Assembly: GCA_029953675.1 (NCBI GenBank)
Contig: JAMWBK010000005.1
Span: forward strand, 2,728,001-2,792,000
Length of the DNA: 64,000 bases
Origin: Rhodosorus marinus CCMP1338
Lineage: Eukaryota > Plantae > Rhodophyta
Direction: 5' to 3'
Shown: in pieces, positions 35,128 through 48,886 of the stretch
Layout of the letters: the number at the start of each line of letters is the position of its first letter
Numbering within the stretch: the first letter of the stretch is position 1
The notes under the pieces: generated by a model
What the model saw: only the letters and a program-made list of their open reading frames with translations
Databases searched by the model: none
Told to the model about the DNA's origin: nothing
Translations under genes and position numbers: made by a program

Positions 35128-35995
35128 GGCTAGTGTTAGGCGTTAAGGGGTTGGAGGTTTTCCGAAAGAATCCTACAGGCGGCTGGGCGACTGATGTGAA
35201 AAGGGTCTCTTCAACCTGGGGACTAGCGTTCCCATTCATGATCAGCACCTCGTTTATCTTTCCCCCCAACGATCTACATTTTGGGTAGTACCCGCGCGAA
35301 ATGGTGAACGAAAAGATTGGGTGTTTGGAGGATCTGGTTCAATTCTCCACTATTTCGAGAGCTACTAGACTACCTCGAAAATCCTGCACATCTGTGGGTG
35401 ACACGAAATTGGAAGCAAAGTAGATAGTTTCGGATTTTTATGCCTCAGCAAGCACGAATGGAACAGTAGTGCGGGTCCCTTGTTTGGCAACTATCCTTCT
35501 TAAGCGCCAAAGCCCTATTTTACAACGTGGCGCCCAGTTTGCACATGAAGTCACGACGAAGTAGTCATGCGGTTCGGTTGAAGCTCTATCGAAAATTACA
35601 AAGAGTTCCTCGAGAGCGCCAGACCCCACGAGGGGATCACCGACGTTTCTCGCGCCCCAGGAGAAACGGAGCAAGATACGTCAGAGCTAGGATACTTTTT
35701 GGGATGAACTCCTCTCGTACCAAGACCAGTGAAAGCTGGCTTTCCGTTTCGCTACCTGCATGTACGGGTGCAGTAACGTTTGTGTTTCATGTTTTTGGAA
35801 GTTGAGGGGGCGGATTAAATTCCATCCCAAACTTCTTGCAGAAGCCAACACAGACCTTGGTACACATGGGGGCCTTTCAGGAACTTCAGACACGAGGAAA
35901 GTCCTCTGCACCGCTCCACGCAGAGATACACAACAACAAAAACACCTGTTCAGTCATCTTCTTTGGCAGGTTTAGCCTGTGTAAATCCTCCTCTT

Positions 35996-36922
35996 CTAGT
36001 TCTCATGGTCAAAGTCATACTGATACTCATCCTCCTCGGCCACCTCGTCATACAGGTTGTCCTCATACTCCTGGGTAAAAGCGGCAAAACGAGGTGAGTG
36101 AGTTGGGGAAATCAAGCCCTCAAATCCGGGTTTACTGGGCTTGAAAGAACAGAAATACCTCTTCAGAACCATTCCATCCATGTAAATATTCGTGTGCAGT
36201 GTACAACAAATCGTCATCGTCCTCTTCTTCGGGGTCGTCGATTCCCAATCGTTCGCGTAGTCTGTCAGTTAGTAAAGCTACGAAAGAGAGAAGCGAAAGC
36301 ATTCAGCTTTAGAGAAAGGGAAAAGGCAACCGACTGGTTTCACGTTTTCAGATGAGAGAGAAGCCGTACTGGAGTCAATTTCGTCTTCGAAATCTGCCTC
36401 ATCGCTTGAGTTGCCATCCATTTCGGGCGTTGATGGATAGTCTACGGTTCCCTCGGTGTCACTCTCATCTGCGATTGAATCGCTACGACCACAATCAAGA
36501 AAATATCTCTCGTTGTTTGGATCCTCCAAAACTACCCAACTCGCCGCTCTCTCTTCATATTTTGTGGTCATCACAAACAGGTCATAAAACTCTTCTGAAC
36601 TCGCATTGACCTCCTCACTTGAAACCTCCTCCTTCATCGGCACGCCGTTACATGTGAACTTCTCCAGCGGGACGGCATCAACCACCTTGATACCCTCCTC
36701 AATCTCAGCGTACTCAGTTGCACTAACCGTCTTCACCCGCACGAAACTCACCACCTTCCTCTCAGCAACACCCTCGGAACCAAAACCTCCCCCATCTGCA
36801 CCGCGAGTTCGCTTAGCATCACTCTCATAACCAGCCCGAAGCTCAAGAGCAAGAGACTCAGTAGCGCTCTCACCATGCTTTCGCTTCAACCTTAAGACAG
36901 GCCCCTCAATCAAACTTTCCAT
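35996..36922 (-). CDS. IWR1/SLC7A6OS-like RNA polymerase II nuclear import factor (3 exons)
   Basis: N-terminal VLRLKRKHGE..ESLALE, YDLF, acidic region with VDYP and acidic C-terminal exons. The first intron donor is unresolved. Confidence 0.55.
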
Positions 36923-38286
36923 ACTTTTCCCGACAAAAAAAACACCAACAAACCTTCACCCAAAAACCCTTATCTACAGAGACTTCCCGTTCCCGTTACA
37001 GAACATTCAATGCTCCGGAAGCGAACCAAAAAGTGGACTCAAACCTCAACAGAAGATACATCATGGACCGTCCACCCTCCCCATCAGATACCTCCTCTTA
37101 AAGCACAATGCTGCCGTCTGTCCCCATAAGATTCCGCATTTTGACTAGGGGACGCATTGCTCCTCTTCGAATTTTAGTGGGTTTACATAGCAGCTACGAG
37201 GGGGTGGGGGTTAAGTAGGCTATGATCAAAGTAATAGCACCAGGAAATCTGCTCAGGGCCTTTCTTCATGTGACTTTCTTCTGCACTAATAGCGGAGCGA
37301 TCACTTCGAGATATCGGGCGGTTGAACGCGGCGTTCAACTGCTGGTTCCAGGTGCTTCCATTCAGGAGAGGAGAGCTGATTAGGACTTATGATACGGGAG
37401 GAGCTCTTATCCATCATTTTCCCTCTTCTGCTGGTCGTCATATTGCTGAAATCTAGCAGGCTATTTCAGGTCGAAGGGAGAGATAAGGCTAGCGGACAAA
37501 GCGGACCAACATCTTAACAGCAAACGGTGAACAGGTTTGCGTACGTTGAATCTATCGTACACCGTTTTCAGAACTTCCACATCCAACACTGGTCCAACCC
37601 CGCCGAAGTTGCGGACGACCAAACCTCTCCGAAGCCATACACAACCTCGCCTTATCTGGGGTGGTGGTGACGATGCATAGCGTTGAGATACCAAGTTAAC
37701 TTCTAAAGAACCATACCAATCCCACTCAAGTCTATCAGATTGCTCCCACCAGTCATCACCAACCTTTGACATCACCAAACCCACGCCAAAACCCTATGAA
37801 TCCGTCAGTTTCTCGGTTTTTTTAAGTTCCAAACATATAAAACCCACCAATCGTTATCTAAGCATCCAACGGAAACCCGCAAATATTTAACAAATTACAT
37901 ATAATATTTACTCATATTCGTTTATTTTCTGGCAACGGACAGCGACGCTCGGTTTTCGGTGATAGATAAATGATATTATATGTTCATAGTACTTTAGTCT
38001 TGGGTAGATCGAATGAATAATATTTGCTAATATGAAAATATGTATGTGTACTATGGTACCGTTCTTCATAAAGTTGTATAGAGTGTCACCTAACGATGTG
38101 GTAGGTGCTTAGAGGCGAAAATGATCGATGGGAATAGGTTGCGGAGGATAAGGGGAGTGATATGTTCCATCCGGATAGATAAGGGACTTCTGTATAGTTT
38201 TAGATATGGTTTAGAGGTTGGTTTTGGATGTTACAGTCCTTTTAGAAAGGTATTGGACGCTTTGTGCATGATTTTTGAAAGAAGAA

Positions 38287-41200
38287 ATGGCGATTGCGGC
38301 GGAGTTGACGCGTTTGAAAGGGAAGCAGCTGGGAGTCACGGGAGTGGATGACGTCGCTTTCGGGACGACTTCCATTCTGTTTGATGTTAAGAAAGCTTCA
38401 AGTGCTCCTCTTGAGGATATTGCGGCTCTGGGGGCTAATGGAGCGCTGCATTTGAGTAGACTGGACCGACGGTTTGTGGAGCTGGCGGGGATATTATTTT
38501 CGGGCAAGGTTGTGGATAGACAGGTGTTGGAGAAAGAAAAGCTTCAAGCGGTAGAGTCAGCTGTACAGAAATTTTGCTTGCTTGCATCGCCATTCTTCTT
38601 GTTACCTCCCACCCAAAAGTGAGCACTCGAGGTCCGATGCCTAGCTAAACACGACCAAGCCGCGTTCGCTAACCCGAAACAAGTTTCTTCCTAAAATTCT
38701 AGGTGCATTGAGTGGTTGCTACGCGGATGGAGCAGCGCGGACTTTCCTTCCGATATACATCACCTTGCTCTTCTAGCAGTCCCGTACCACGAGACGCCTC
38801 AATGCGCTAGGTTACTGTACGTTCTCCTCGGACGTGGGGACCGCGGAGCGATTGCGAGTTTGGTGACTAGCTGCTGGGAACCTCTGAGAAAGGCAGCATC
38901 TGAGGGAAAATACATCCCACGAAAAACGCTGGGCAGGCTTCCGGTGACATTCTTTCATGAGATTGCCAAGGTCGCCGCAAGATCTGCCAAAGGAGTAGGG
39001 CTCAAAGTACAAGTTTGTTTTCTGCAGGTTGTCAACGTCTTAAAGGACTCTAACTTTGAAATGTGCTTCTGACTTTTGTCTTCTATCCAGAATGTCCAGT
39101 CCTCGACTTTGTTATCGTTTTACACCAGCTTGGTATGCGAAAGACTGGCCGAGGATAGCCCCGTGGATGAGTCGTTCATGAAGACTCTGTTCCTGGACGC
39201 TACTGAGGGTCTTTCTTTGAAACTGAGTAGAAGCATTCCACATAATGAGTATCGCATGGCTTGCATTGTAGTTATTTCGTCTCTCGTTCAACGGAAGGGT
39301 ACAGGTAAGCGACGGCACTCTCATCGGCGAGGGGATGAAGCAATTTGGTAGATCTCCTTCCTCTGACGTTCTCACTTCCTTTACCTCGCACAGGGGCTGA
39401 AGTGTTGAGCGACGGAGCCTTCAAGTCTGCAGGAGAGTACATCGCGAAGATTCTTTCAGAGGAGCCGGAGAGTGCTGAACAATCACCTCTTGCCAAGGCT
39501 TCGCTTCTGTGCCTTGTCGCGCTCTGCAGCGCGGCAAACGTGAAAGAGCTTCCCGAAAATGTTTTCAGGTTTCTAGTAAAATGTAAAGGTCTAGGCAAGA
39601 ACACGACGGAAGCTAAGAGGTAAACAGCATCCGTAGGATTAAATTGCGCTTTCCTCCGCTCCTTTGTACGTTGTTCTGAATTGGAGGATTTTTGGGTCTC
39701 TAACCGGTTTTCAGATCGTATGGGAATGGAGTCGCACCTCTAGTGACAGCGTTCGCAACCTCGGCGGCGAAGAATGCGCATAGAAACCGTCATTACTTCG
39801 GATCCTTTGAGGACTTTTTGGAAACCGCGCCACTCGATCAAAAATTCGTGGACACAATGACGATGTTTTTGGATTCATACGCGACGGTCGCATGTGCGGA
39901 GAGTTCTTGGGGTCTAGGGTACGCCTGAGCTGTTCTCAATGCCAAAAGCACACGCAATGTCATCAATCTGAACCCATTTTCCCCTTTCTTCCGGTAAATC
40001 AAGATCAAGTGTAGATCAGCTTTTGCACAAGCTGGCTCGTTCGGCGCACCTCGAATACCTAGATGCGGCAGCGTCAACATTCCTCTCGCAACGATCTGGG
40101 GCGAACGAGGACCTAGTCAAATCCCAAATTGTCAAGGCCTTCGTAAATTCATCACTTCAGCAGTTTTCATCCGGAATGCAGTCGTCCGGGATTGGCGACC
40201 AGACGTCGCTCCTGTCGGGCTTGGAATCTCCCAATCCAGAGATCAGGTTGGAGGGAACGAAACTGCTCAACGAGGAATCTAAGAAAGCAGAACTGCCGGA
40301 GGAGTTCGTTAGAGCGGCAATTTTCGGAAGAATACTGGACGACGACCTCAGCGTGCGCTGCGAAGCTCTGAAGAATGAGAGACTCCGGTCTGAGCACTAC
40401 GCTTCACAAGTACTCAACGCCTTGGAGCCTCTTCTCACTGAGGCCGCGACGTGCAGTCAGGGGCCGAGGAAACAGTACGTGGAGCACATGATGAGATTGG
40501 TTGGGTACTACGCTGGACTTGATGGTCCCGATAGGCATAGAGCTTTGTCACTGCTCCTGCGCTATCTGGTGATTCCTAGGTCCAAGGCCACAAGGAGGAA
40601 GTTTCAGAAGCCGGCCATAGAAGGACTTGGGGGGCTCTACGTCGAGGTTGGTGATGCTTGCAGAGGTATGCCTCGGTCTACCACGGCGGGAGAGCTGGAT
40701 CTCTGCTACGCTGAGAAGCCTCTGGCCAAAGCGCTTGCGAAAGCAGCACAACACTCGGAACCGTTTCTTAGCTTATTGAAGCGTACCTTCGCGCTGAGAT
40801 GGAAGAGCATCGGCGAGAGTGATCGCGAGGAAGTATGGTGGTGGCTATGGATCGGGAAACAACTCTCTTCGAACGACTCCACGCGATTAGAGCAGACCCC
40901 GGAGCTGGCCCTCTCCGCTCTTGAGGCATGTTGCCCCTTGGAGTACTCTCCTGATCAAACTGAGGCCATTGCGGAGGTAGAAGAACTCGATGTTCAGCTG
41001 GAGAAGGCTTCAAACGGGGATTCTAGATCGCTGGCGGTGGCTTGCGCAAGAGTTTTCCTTGACTTCGGGATGCACGAGCAGTCCCTCTCTTCGGACTTGA
41101 TATCAAGAGCTTATGATGTTTTTCTTTCAAGAGGACGCTTTCGGGAGCTCCAGGAGCTGCTTAACTTCGAGTACTTCAAGACCGGGAACAATCGTGAAGT

Positions 41201-44200
41201 CTTCCTGCGGACGGCGATTTACACCAAGGACGCTACTGCTGCTTGTATGTCTCTCGGAATCTTTGTCGCCCACGTCGTTAGTACGGGAGACCACACTAGC
41301 AAGTCTCTTGCACCTATGGTCGCCGATGTTCTCTTGTTTGCGACATCGCCCAACTCACAGAAGCGATCCGCAGCTGCAACGAGCGCGGCATTTTTGTTGA
41401 AGAGCATGGAAGGGGTGAGGAGACCGAGCGCCGCCGTGAAGTCCACCAAGCAACTCCTGAGTGAGGTTGCTCAACTCCTTCCGAGGAAGAAGACAATGGG
41501 GAGTGGGAAGTTGATTTCTGCCGTGGAACGAGCAATTAGCTCAGTGCACAGCGAACTGAGAATGGGCTTGTTCTTTGAAGCCGGAAAGGAACTTATTCCG
41601 GGGAGAACGGAGGGGCTTCTTCACATGTGCTCGAAGGCTTTTGCGAAAATTGACGTGGACGAGTTTCGTGCCTGCGTTGGGTTGCTCCAGAGCGATGACC
41701 AAGCATGGACTAGGAGTAGGATTCTTGTCCTGGGTATGATCAAGGACGAGAGCATCACGCCTGTGCTTGAGAATGACCTAGAGAATTGCCAGCAACAGCT
41801 GCTTTCCATTGCATGCACCTGTAAGACTCCGGAACTGCAGATCGCTGCTCTAGAAGCTATCGGCCGTGTCTTTCCAGCATCTTCGGGGGTTCTTAGGGAG
41901 AGACTTGTTTTGGCGTGGTGCCGAGTCTTGGGTGGACAAGGCTCTTTGGAAGGAACAGCAATGGCAAAGCCGATTGCTCATATGCTCGGGGGAATCACTG
42001 CAGAGGACTTGACCAAGATTCTCGCCGGATTCCACACTCATTTACAGAAGAAGAATTGGTCCGCCAAAAAGAGAAAGTCTGAGCCAGCCGTAGAACAAGA
42101 GAATGAAATCTCTGCACGGACGATTGATGCGCTGCTGGAAAGCATCCAGGACAGCGATTCGATGCAAAAAATCATCGGATCCAAGGACTTGGTTAAACCT
42201 CTCTTTGACCTGCTTTCAGAGCTAACAACTGCTCTTAAGGAAGACGAAGACACGGAGGAGCGCTTGTACGTTGTACAGACCTCGCTGTCCTGCCTGAATA
42301 CAATCCTGTCGGCGGAGAGAGGGAGATCCAATCTGATAAAGGTCTCCGATGTGAGACTTTTGATGGGGCTTTTCAACTCGGAGGATGTGCCTATCCGTGT
42401 ACGGAGCCTGGCAGCCACAGAACTGGTCGCCACCATTGCAACACAGTTTCCGGCCAAAGTTGTAAGCGTTTCGACACCTTCCAGACTTGCCTGGGAATCT
42501 ACCTTGAAGAGATGACAAGGCAACAAGGATGGCATCTTTCGCAAGTTTGCTGAACTTTGATTGGCTTTTCTTCATTAGGGACCTGAGATTATCAGCTTTG
42601 TCAGGCACATGATTACCGACACGAAGTATCACTCAAGAGACACGACGCTTAGCAGTATCACAAGAGTCGTAAAGCCGCTTGTCGATACGAAGGTGAGCCT
42701 CGATGCGTTGATGGTGGAGGTTGTTGAGGGTGCAGCTGAGATTGAGGAGAGAAGGCTTCGACAAGAGGTCCTGGCCGCCGCCGTTGACTGTATCGGCGCA
42801 GACGTGGCACTGGTAAAGGTTATTGAGCTATGGGGAGATCAAGAAGGTTGGAAAATCCGTCTTCAAAGCTTATCGGACACTTTCATGTGCTTCATCGGAT
42901 GAGAAAGAAGGCGCCAGTGGTCTCATTCTGATTGTTCATTGTTGGTGGTTTTTCTGAGTCAGGTGAAAAGAAGGCTTCATTCTTCGATGTTCTAGGAAGC
43001 TATTCTTGTACAGAGCAGCAGGCGGCAATGATTCGATTCATGCGCGAGTGTCAAGGAAAACCGGCTGAAGAAATGCACGCTGGGATCGTCACTGTTGGGG
43101 AGTATCTAGGGTCACCAACCTTCCTTTCCAGTGTCGAGGATTTCCTAGGGGAAGAATCGGGGCTAGTTCAGCAGAATTTTCAAGACATGATTGAGGTTTT
43201 GCTGCTGTCCAAGGAGAAGGATGTGAAGGAGAATACGAGGACTGACGTGATAGGTGAGTTTGAATCGTGCGGTCTTCGAGTAAGCTCCAAGTCGAATGAG
43301 GATATGTGTACTAACCGAATATCTGTCCGTGACCGCGTCAACCTTGTTTCTTCCAACAGACAATGTCCTCGAGACAGTCATCACCCTGATTTCCACAACG
43401 CAGTTTTGTCAATGCCTTGAGAAGCTGTTGGCCACTTCCGTTGCAGAAAAGAAGCTCGAGGCTCTGGAGGCGTTCACCAAACGAGTAGAGATTTCGGAAC
43501 TCTTGGTTGTGTCAGGGGACCGGGACGCAGACCAAGCACAGCTCTATGCCAGGATTTTCAAGGAATTACCCGATTTGATGCTGAATCGCAACAGCGCGCC
43601 GACTCTTGTACAGGCCGTGATCACTGCAATCGATAAGTACGTTTCACTAAACGATGTCAAGTAGATGCATTGTGAAGTCCCTAACACGCTTGCTTTTTCT
43701 CATTGCTCTAGATGCTGTTTGAACGTCTCGTCGGGGAATCAAGGCCTTTTGGCACCTCTGATGAAGCCTGTACTTGAGATCGCACAGTCTGAAGACGTCG
43801 AGCTGTCCTGTTCTGCGATACTGTGCATCCAAAGCTTGCTAATCACTCTTCAGGCGAAGTGCGTTCCCATCGTTCCCGGAACGCTGGCGGTTCTTGCGAA
43901 ACGAATGAGCGCAAACGTGGAAGAACAGGACGAGTCTCTAAACAAACGTGAGAGAAAGAGCGTCCACGAAGCATGCGTGCTGACGATCGATTCAATGCTG
44001 TACTCTGTTCCTCAGTTCTTCAGCGGAAAAAACTTCGAAATGTAGGTCAATTCCAACCCCCATACCCTGTGAACGCTAACAGACTGGCTTACAAACCCGT
44101 TTGTTCATTCGCTTTTGTGATCTTCAGTATCTTCCAGTCGATGCTGGAGGATAGTGTGTACTCTCTGGCGACGACGAAGCAGGTCTTGGAAGGTTTTGCG

Positions 44201-45412
44201 CAGAAATGTGAGCCCCGGTTTTTCCTTCCCGCGGTATCTGCCGCGATGGGTTCATACTTTCGCGAGGCGCGAGGTAGCACTGCAGAAAGCGCAGTAGCAC
44301 AGATGGAGCGATTGCTCAACTGTCTCAACTACTTCATCGAGGTTGCTGACAAGTCCAACATCAGGAAGCATAGATTGGATGTCGTGTTGATGATCTTTCG
44401 ATCGGCGGAGCTGAGAAGGCGACTCAGGCTGAAGACGGAGACACGAGCAGAATCTTTTGAGGGCTTCGTTGGACGTGCAGAAATGATGGCCATCACCTGC
44501 TTTGTTTCCCTGGCGATGAAACTGCGTGAGGTGGACTTCAGGGATGTATTTGACAAGTTTCTGGAGTGGTCTGAAGGTTCCGGACGATGCCTTAGTGACG
44601 CAGTTGGGAAAGAACTAAGTTCAACCCAGAAGTACCTGGACAGGTCCATCGTGTTGCAGAAGTGCCTGTGTGAGCTTCTCGAGAGGGTGCAGGTGCTTTT
44701 CGCTCCGTTCGTGACCCCGCTCCTCGATCGAACTATGGAGCTTTTGGTGGGTCTACCGGAGGATCAACTCGCCAAGTTGAACACGGACAGCCAAAGCAGT
44801 AGGAAGCGAAAGAGAAAATCTGTTGACAAGAGTAGCCACTTGACAACCCAGCTGAAGACGGCTACTGAGTCAAGCTTGCGAATGCTTGGACTCTACTTCA
44901 CGTTTACTGAGGACACCGTTTCCGACCGGGTTAGAACCTCGTCGCTCTTTTGGCTGCCTCATCGTCAGCGTAGCTGAACAAAATGTGTCCATCTGTTTTG
45001 ATTTGCTCTGTAGGTATTTGACAAGACACTGGAGGCGCTGGTAGAGGTGTTGGAACTCCCGCGTATGAACGGTGATGTGGTCAAGAACGCAATCGCGTCG
45101 TTTGCATCGAGAAGTTTCAAGAACGCAAAGGAGGAATCTGAAGGAAGCAGAAGGCTGTCGACTGTTAATAGACTGGTGATCTTGAAAGTCCGTACGAACA
45201 ACAGTTCGCTCAGACTGCAGGTTACAGAGTGCATCCTCGCCATCGCTCAGAGGCTTGGGGAGGCCTACCTGCCTTGTCTTCCGGAGGCCATGAGCTTTCT
45301 TGCCGATCTCATTGACGACGAGGATCTTGAGGTAGAAGCAAAGGCGAGGGAGCTTGGTCAGTTGCTTGAGGAGCTCTCTGGAGAACCCATTTTGGCACAG
45401 CTGAAGGAATGA
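38287..45412 (+). CDS. UTP10: U3 snoRNA-associated protein 10 (UTP10/HEATR1/BAP28), multi-exon HEAT-repeat protein
   Basis: N-terminal SILFDVKKAS...LFS, BP28CT-like MKLREVDFRDVFDKFLEWS and C-terminal YLPCLPEAMSFLADLIDDEDLEVE...GEP. More than 10 short introns. Confidence 0.92.
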
Positions 45413-45566
45413 ACATGGACAGTGAAAAGAACGAGATGTGCTTTATAACGGATTTAGGAAACGGGCAATGAGCCATGTATGTAAAAGTGAAATGGAAATT
45501 AACAAGGATTCGAAAGTCGTTTGGGGCTTTGGTTGCCACTGTCCACGGTCTTGGGGAACATCCTCT

Positions 45567-46089
45567 TCACGTGCTTTCTCTTCTAGATGAATTCCCTTTC
45601 TCCTTGGGTTGATATTGACTTCTTAGCTCCTTTACGATCGATGCGAGGGCCTCCGGATTGACACCTTGTTCGCATAGTTTCATTAAAATCCTCAGCGTGT
45701 CCCTGTCCAGTCCCTGGAGAGTAGGAGGAACCGTCATTGTGAGCCCATCAACAGATATCGTCATTTTTCCCTAGTTTTCTTAAAACAACCTCTGGCAAAT
45801 GCCGCAGACTCTTCCAGCGGTGACGCCGCGGTGTCTAAAACGTCAGCGCGTTTTTGCTCGCTTTTTTGACGATCAAAAGGACTTACCGTGTCTAGCAAGC
45901 TGGAAAGTTCGAAAGCAGCTATTCCCCCAAAAACACAACAAAAAGAAAAACACCGAAACAAAACGGTTCGATGAGCAAAGCAAACGCCCTGACTCCCTAT
46001 TTACTGCGTGGGAAAACCAACACCAAACTCAACGACTTACCATCGAATGCTTCTTTCATAGGTCCATCTTCAAGTTCGCTTCGCGGCAT
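45567..46089 (-). CDS. MZT1: Mitotic-spindle organizing protein 1 (MOZART1), 3 exons
   Basis: Spliced product [58 protein letters not shown], using GTAAGT donors. Confidence 0.93.
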
Positions 46090-46853
46090 CCTTTCGCAGC
46101 TCTAAAATTATACTAAAACACTCCGACGTCGTTGGTATTCAACTCCCAGGCTCAATCCCACCACCTTCCTCCACATCAGAAAGCAATCTATGAAAATTGG
46201 GACAGTCCCAGCAAGTGTTACCCCAAGCTCTAATCAATATGCAAAAAAAACACGCAATGCTTCAGGGTGATCTACTCAAATGAGATATTGAAAACCCAAT
46301 GAATTTTCACTGTCTGCATGAAAGGATGGGCCGTGGAGGACTGGTGCAACGGCAATATGCACACAAGCGTACAAAACGAGAGCGCGCTGATATGCGCGAT
46401 ACAGAAAAGTTTATGGAGCACGAAAAACAAAGAAAAGTTTCCTGTGGTAAAGTACTCAGCAAGCGGCCGATCGCCACCCAACTCCGACCAGGCTATTGGC
46501 GGAGAGAATACGTAGATGAGATGAAGGATCTGGACGCCCCCCCCCTTTACGGCTAAGCTCATCTAGACGAGAAAGATCAAGCAGGATAAGATCAAATAGA
46601 ATACACAGAAAGAACAAAAAGGCCAAACAAGTTCTGTTGAACGACTAGTCAGGAATCAGCTCGACCTACCGAGCGCTGCACGGAGAAGATATTTGCATTG
46701 AAAACGGATCGGTTCGGGTTTGGAGCTATGAGGAAAGTTCTGCGCAGGCCTTGGCTTTACGAGTTGGAAGCTGTCTTGAAGTTTTATAAGGGTTTTCTCC
46801 AACGAGTTTTTGTGTCTACTTTGAATCATCTGCTTGTGGAGACAACCTTCAGA

Positions 46854-47757
46854 ATGATTGCATTTGCCAGTTCTGCGTTTCTCCGTGCGGTGCGCGGTTC
46901 GACTACTCCTGGTCGAGTTGGTCCTTTGTCTGGGATGCGGTATGGTAGTCTGTTTCAGGTAAGGACAAGGTAACGGAATTCTCCCGCTTCTGGTGACTGT
47001 GTTTTCCAATCCTCAGCGGAGTATCTTCTTTGCTTGCTGGTTGACAGAGTGCACCGTCGTCGAGGAGCTTGGCTAGGGTCTTCATGACCACTGGGTACGC
47101 CTAACTTTCCAGTCGAAATCCAGGATCGGCCAAAATTTCTTACTGAACAGGAAACTTGCGCGGCTTGCTTTCTTGCTCTGAAACATGACGACGATCCCAG
47201 TCCGGAGGGTGATACTGTGGTCGACACGTGTAGGATGAAGCTCACAGAGGTAAGAATACCCAGACCATCCCGCTCAGGTTATTAAACAATCAGATCCATG
47301 TTTTTACTGCACAAGCTAACGGAAGCGGTGTGAAATGGACAGGCTTTGAAACCACTTCAGCTGAACATTATACCAGCCTACGGAGATCCGAACGGCAGCC
47401 ATATCACGTAAAGAGACCCTCTATCCGCCACGTTGAAGATTGAGGTACTGAAGACAGGTACAGAAGTTCTCTGACCTACGGCCTTTTTTTTTGGAAACAC
47501 TCGCAATCGACCAAAAGCATTGAGGTAGTCTCGGATTCATTCGAGGGAGAATCGGTTGTTGCCAGGCATAGGATGATCTACAAGGCGATCTGGGATGAGC
47601 TTCAGGTAAGAACGATGCAGACAACGTCATAGAACCGAAAACAGACAGCCACAAGCAATGACCAACTAGTGAATTCGATGTGCTTGTGATGCTGCAGGGT
47701 CCAATTCATGCTGTGGACTCTATAGAAGCGAAGACACCGTCCGAAGCTGGCTTTTGA
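46854..47757 (+). CDS. BOLA4: Plastid-targeted BolA4-like protein (multi-exon)
   Basis: MIAF transit-peptide start, [38 protein letters not shown] and [12 protein letters not shown]. Confidence 0.85.
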
Positions 47758-47883
47758 ATAGGAGCGACACAATTCAAAGCAGAGAAGCTAAGTTTAAGTC
47801 GGACAGTAAGGGCTGCCGTAGCCCATCCGTCTTCTTTCCTCTCCCTCTTCTGCATGTTTTTTTTTTTTTCTTCTGCTTCTGGT

Positions 47884-48886
47884 TTAGGTTCTTACAATAG
47901 CTCTCTTAGTTTGCCCGTCTTTTGGGGTAGGAGAGCCCGTACTGACTTGATGTAGAAACCTAAATGTAAGATTGATTCTTGGCTGCTGCACGTTTTTCGT
48001 CTTCGGAACCATGTGCTTCCAAAGCTTTTGGGTTTCTCCTCTCATGATCAGGAGTGATCCACTTTCAAGGGTTATTGAGATGGGGTTGCCTGCTCCATCC
48101 TTTCTCTTCAGTCTGAAGTCTCGAGCCTGGGTTTCAAGTAAGGGGCTGACCGTTTTAGGATAATTTTCAAGTCCGATGCAAAAGGCGTCTTGAGGAGAAC
48201 TTCTGCATGGCAAGGATCTTACCGCGCCAAGGCTAAGCGAGGCCACGACTATATCATCCTTTGAAGGACCTAGCTCACGCTCATCGTCAGAATGCCAGCC
48301 AATGTAGTCTGAACCGTCGCGATAGAGGTTGATGAGGACGGAGTTCAGATCGAGATCAAGCTTTCTGCTGATCCTGTCCCGTAGCGAAGCAAGCTGCGGA
48401 ACTGAATCGAGAGGATTCTCTTTCAGAGCCCTGCCAGAGTACTTGTACGCTCCTCCATACCTTCGAGACGATGAAGATTGGGAGCCTATTGAGTGCCAAG
48501 CAGTGCCTTGTTGGTGGCAGAAGTTGGGCGGGACCTACCAGGCGCACAATCTAGGCTCCTTCACCAGCTTTCCAAAGATCTTGATCTCCTCTTGGCGGAA
48601 AGGAATAACCTCCATGAGCTCCTTCATTAGCTGCTCTGAGTGAGAGGGCGGGAGAAATGCTGGCTCGTAAGTGACACAGTCGGGAAGCGAAGACACGCCC
48701 TCGTAACTCAAACGACGACCGCGAACCTTCGGTCGATTTCTCTTCTTCGTAGTCGATGAGGACGGCGGTTGAAGGAAACCAAACTCGGCTTTGGACTTCA
48801 TCTGTGCAAAATAAAGTTTCGTCTGGGTAACTCTTCTCAAGGAATCCCCCTTTACGCACTTCAGCTGCATCTCGACTCCTCGCCAT
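47884..48886 (-). CDS. ALKBH2: AlkB-family 2OG-Fe(II) dioxygenase, ALKBH2-like DNA repair demethylase
   Basis: IKIFGKLVKEPRLCAW, YKYSG, LINLYRDGSDYIGWHSDDE (HxD), ASLSLGA, SLLIMRG, WKHMVPK and RINLTFR. Confidence 0.88.

Noticed and set aside
35438-35911. Stop-interrupted minus-strand frames downstream of the IWR1-like gene
   Set aside because: They look like a relic, but I recognise no transposase, RT or integrase motif, so no call is made.
40001-40014. AAGATCAAGTGTAG, an exact 14-nt match to the U2 snRNA branch-recognition region
   Set aside because: The flanks do not match U2 (no upstream stem I, no Sm site), and the 14-mer straddles a phase-compatible UTP10 splice acceptor. Treated as coincidence.
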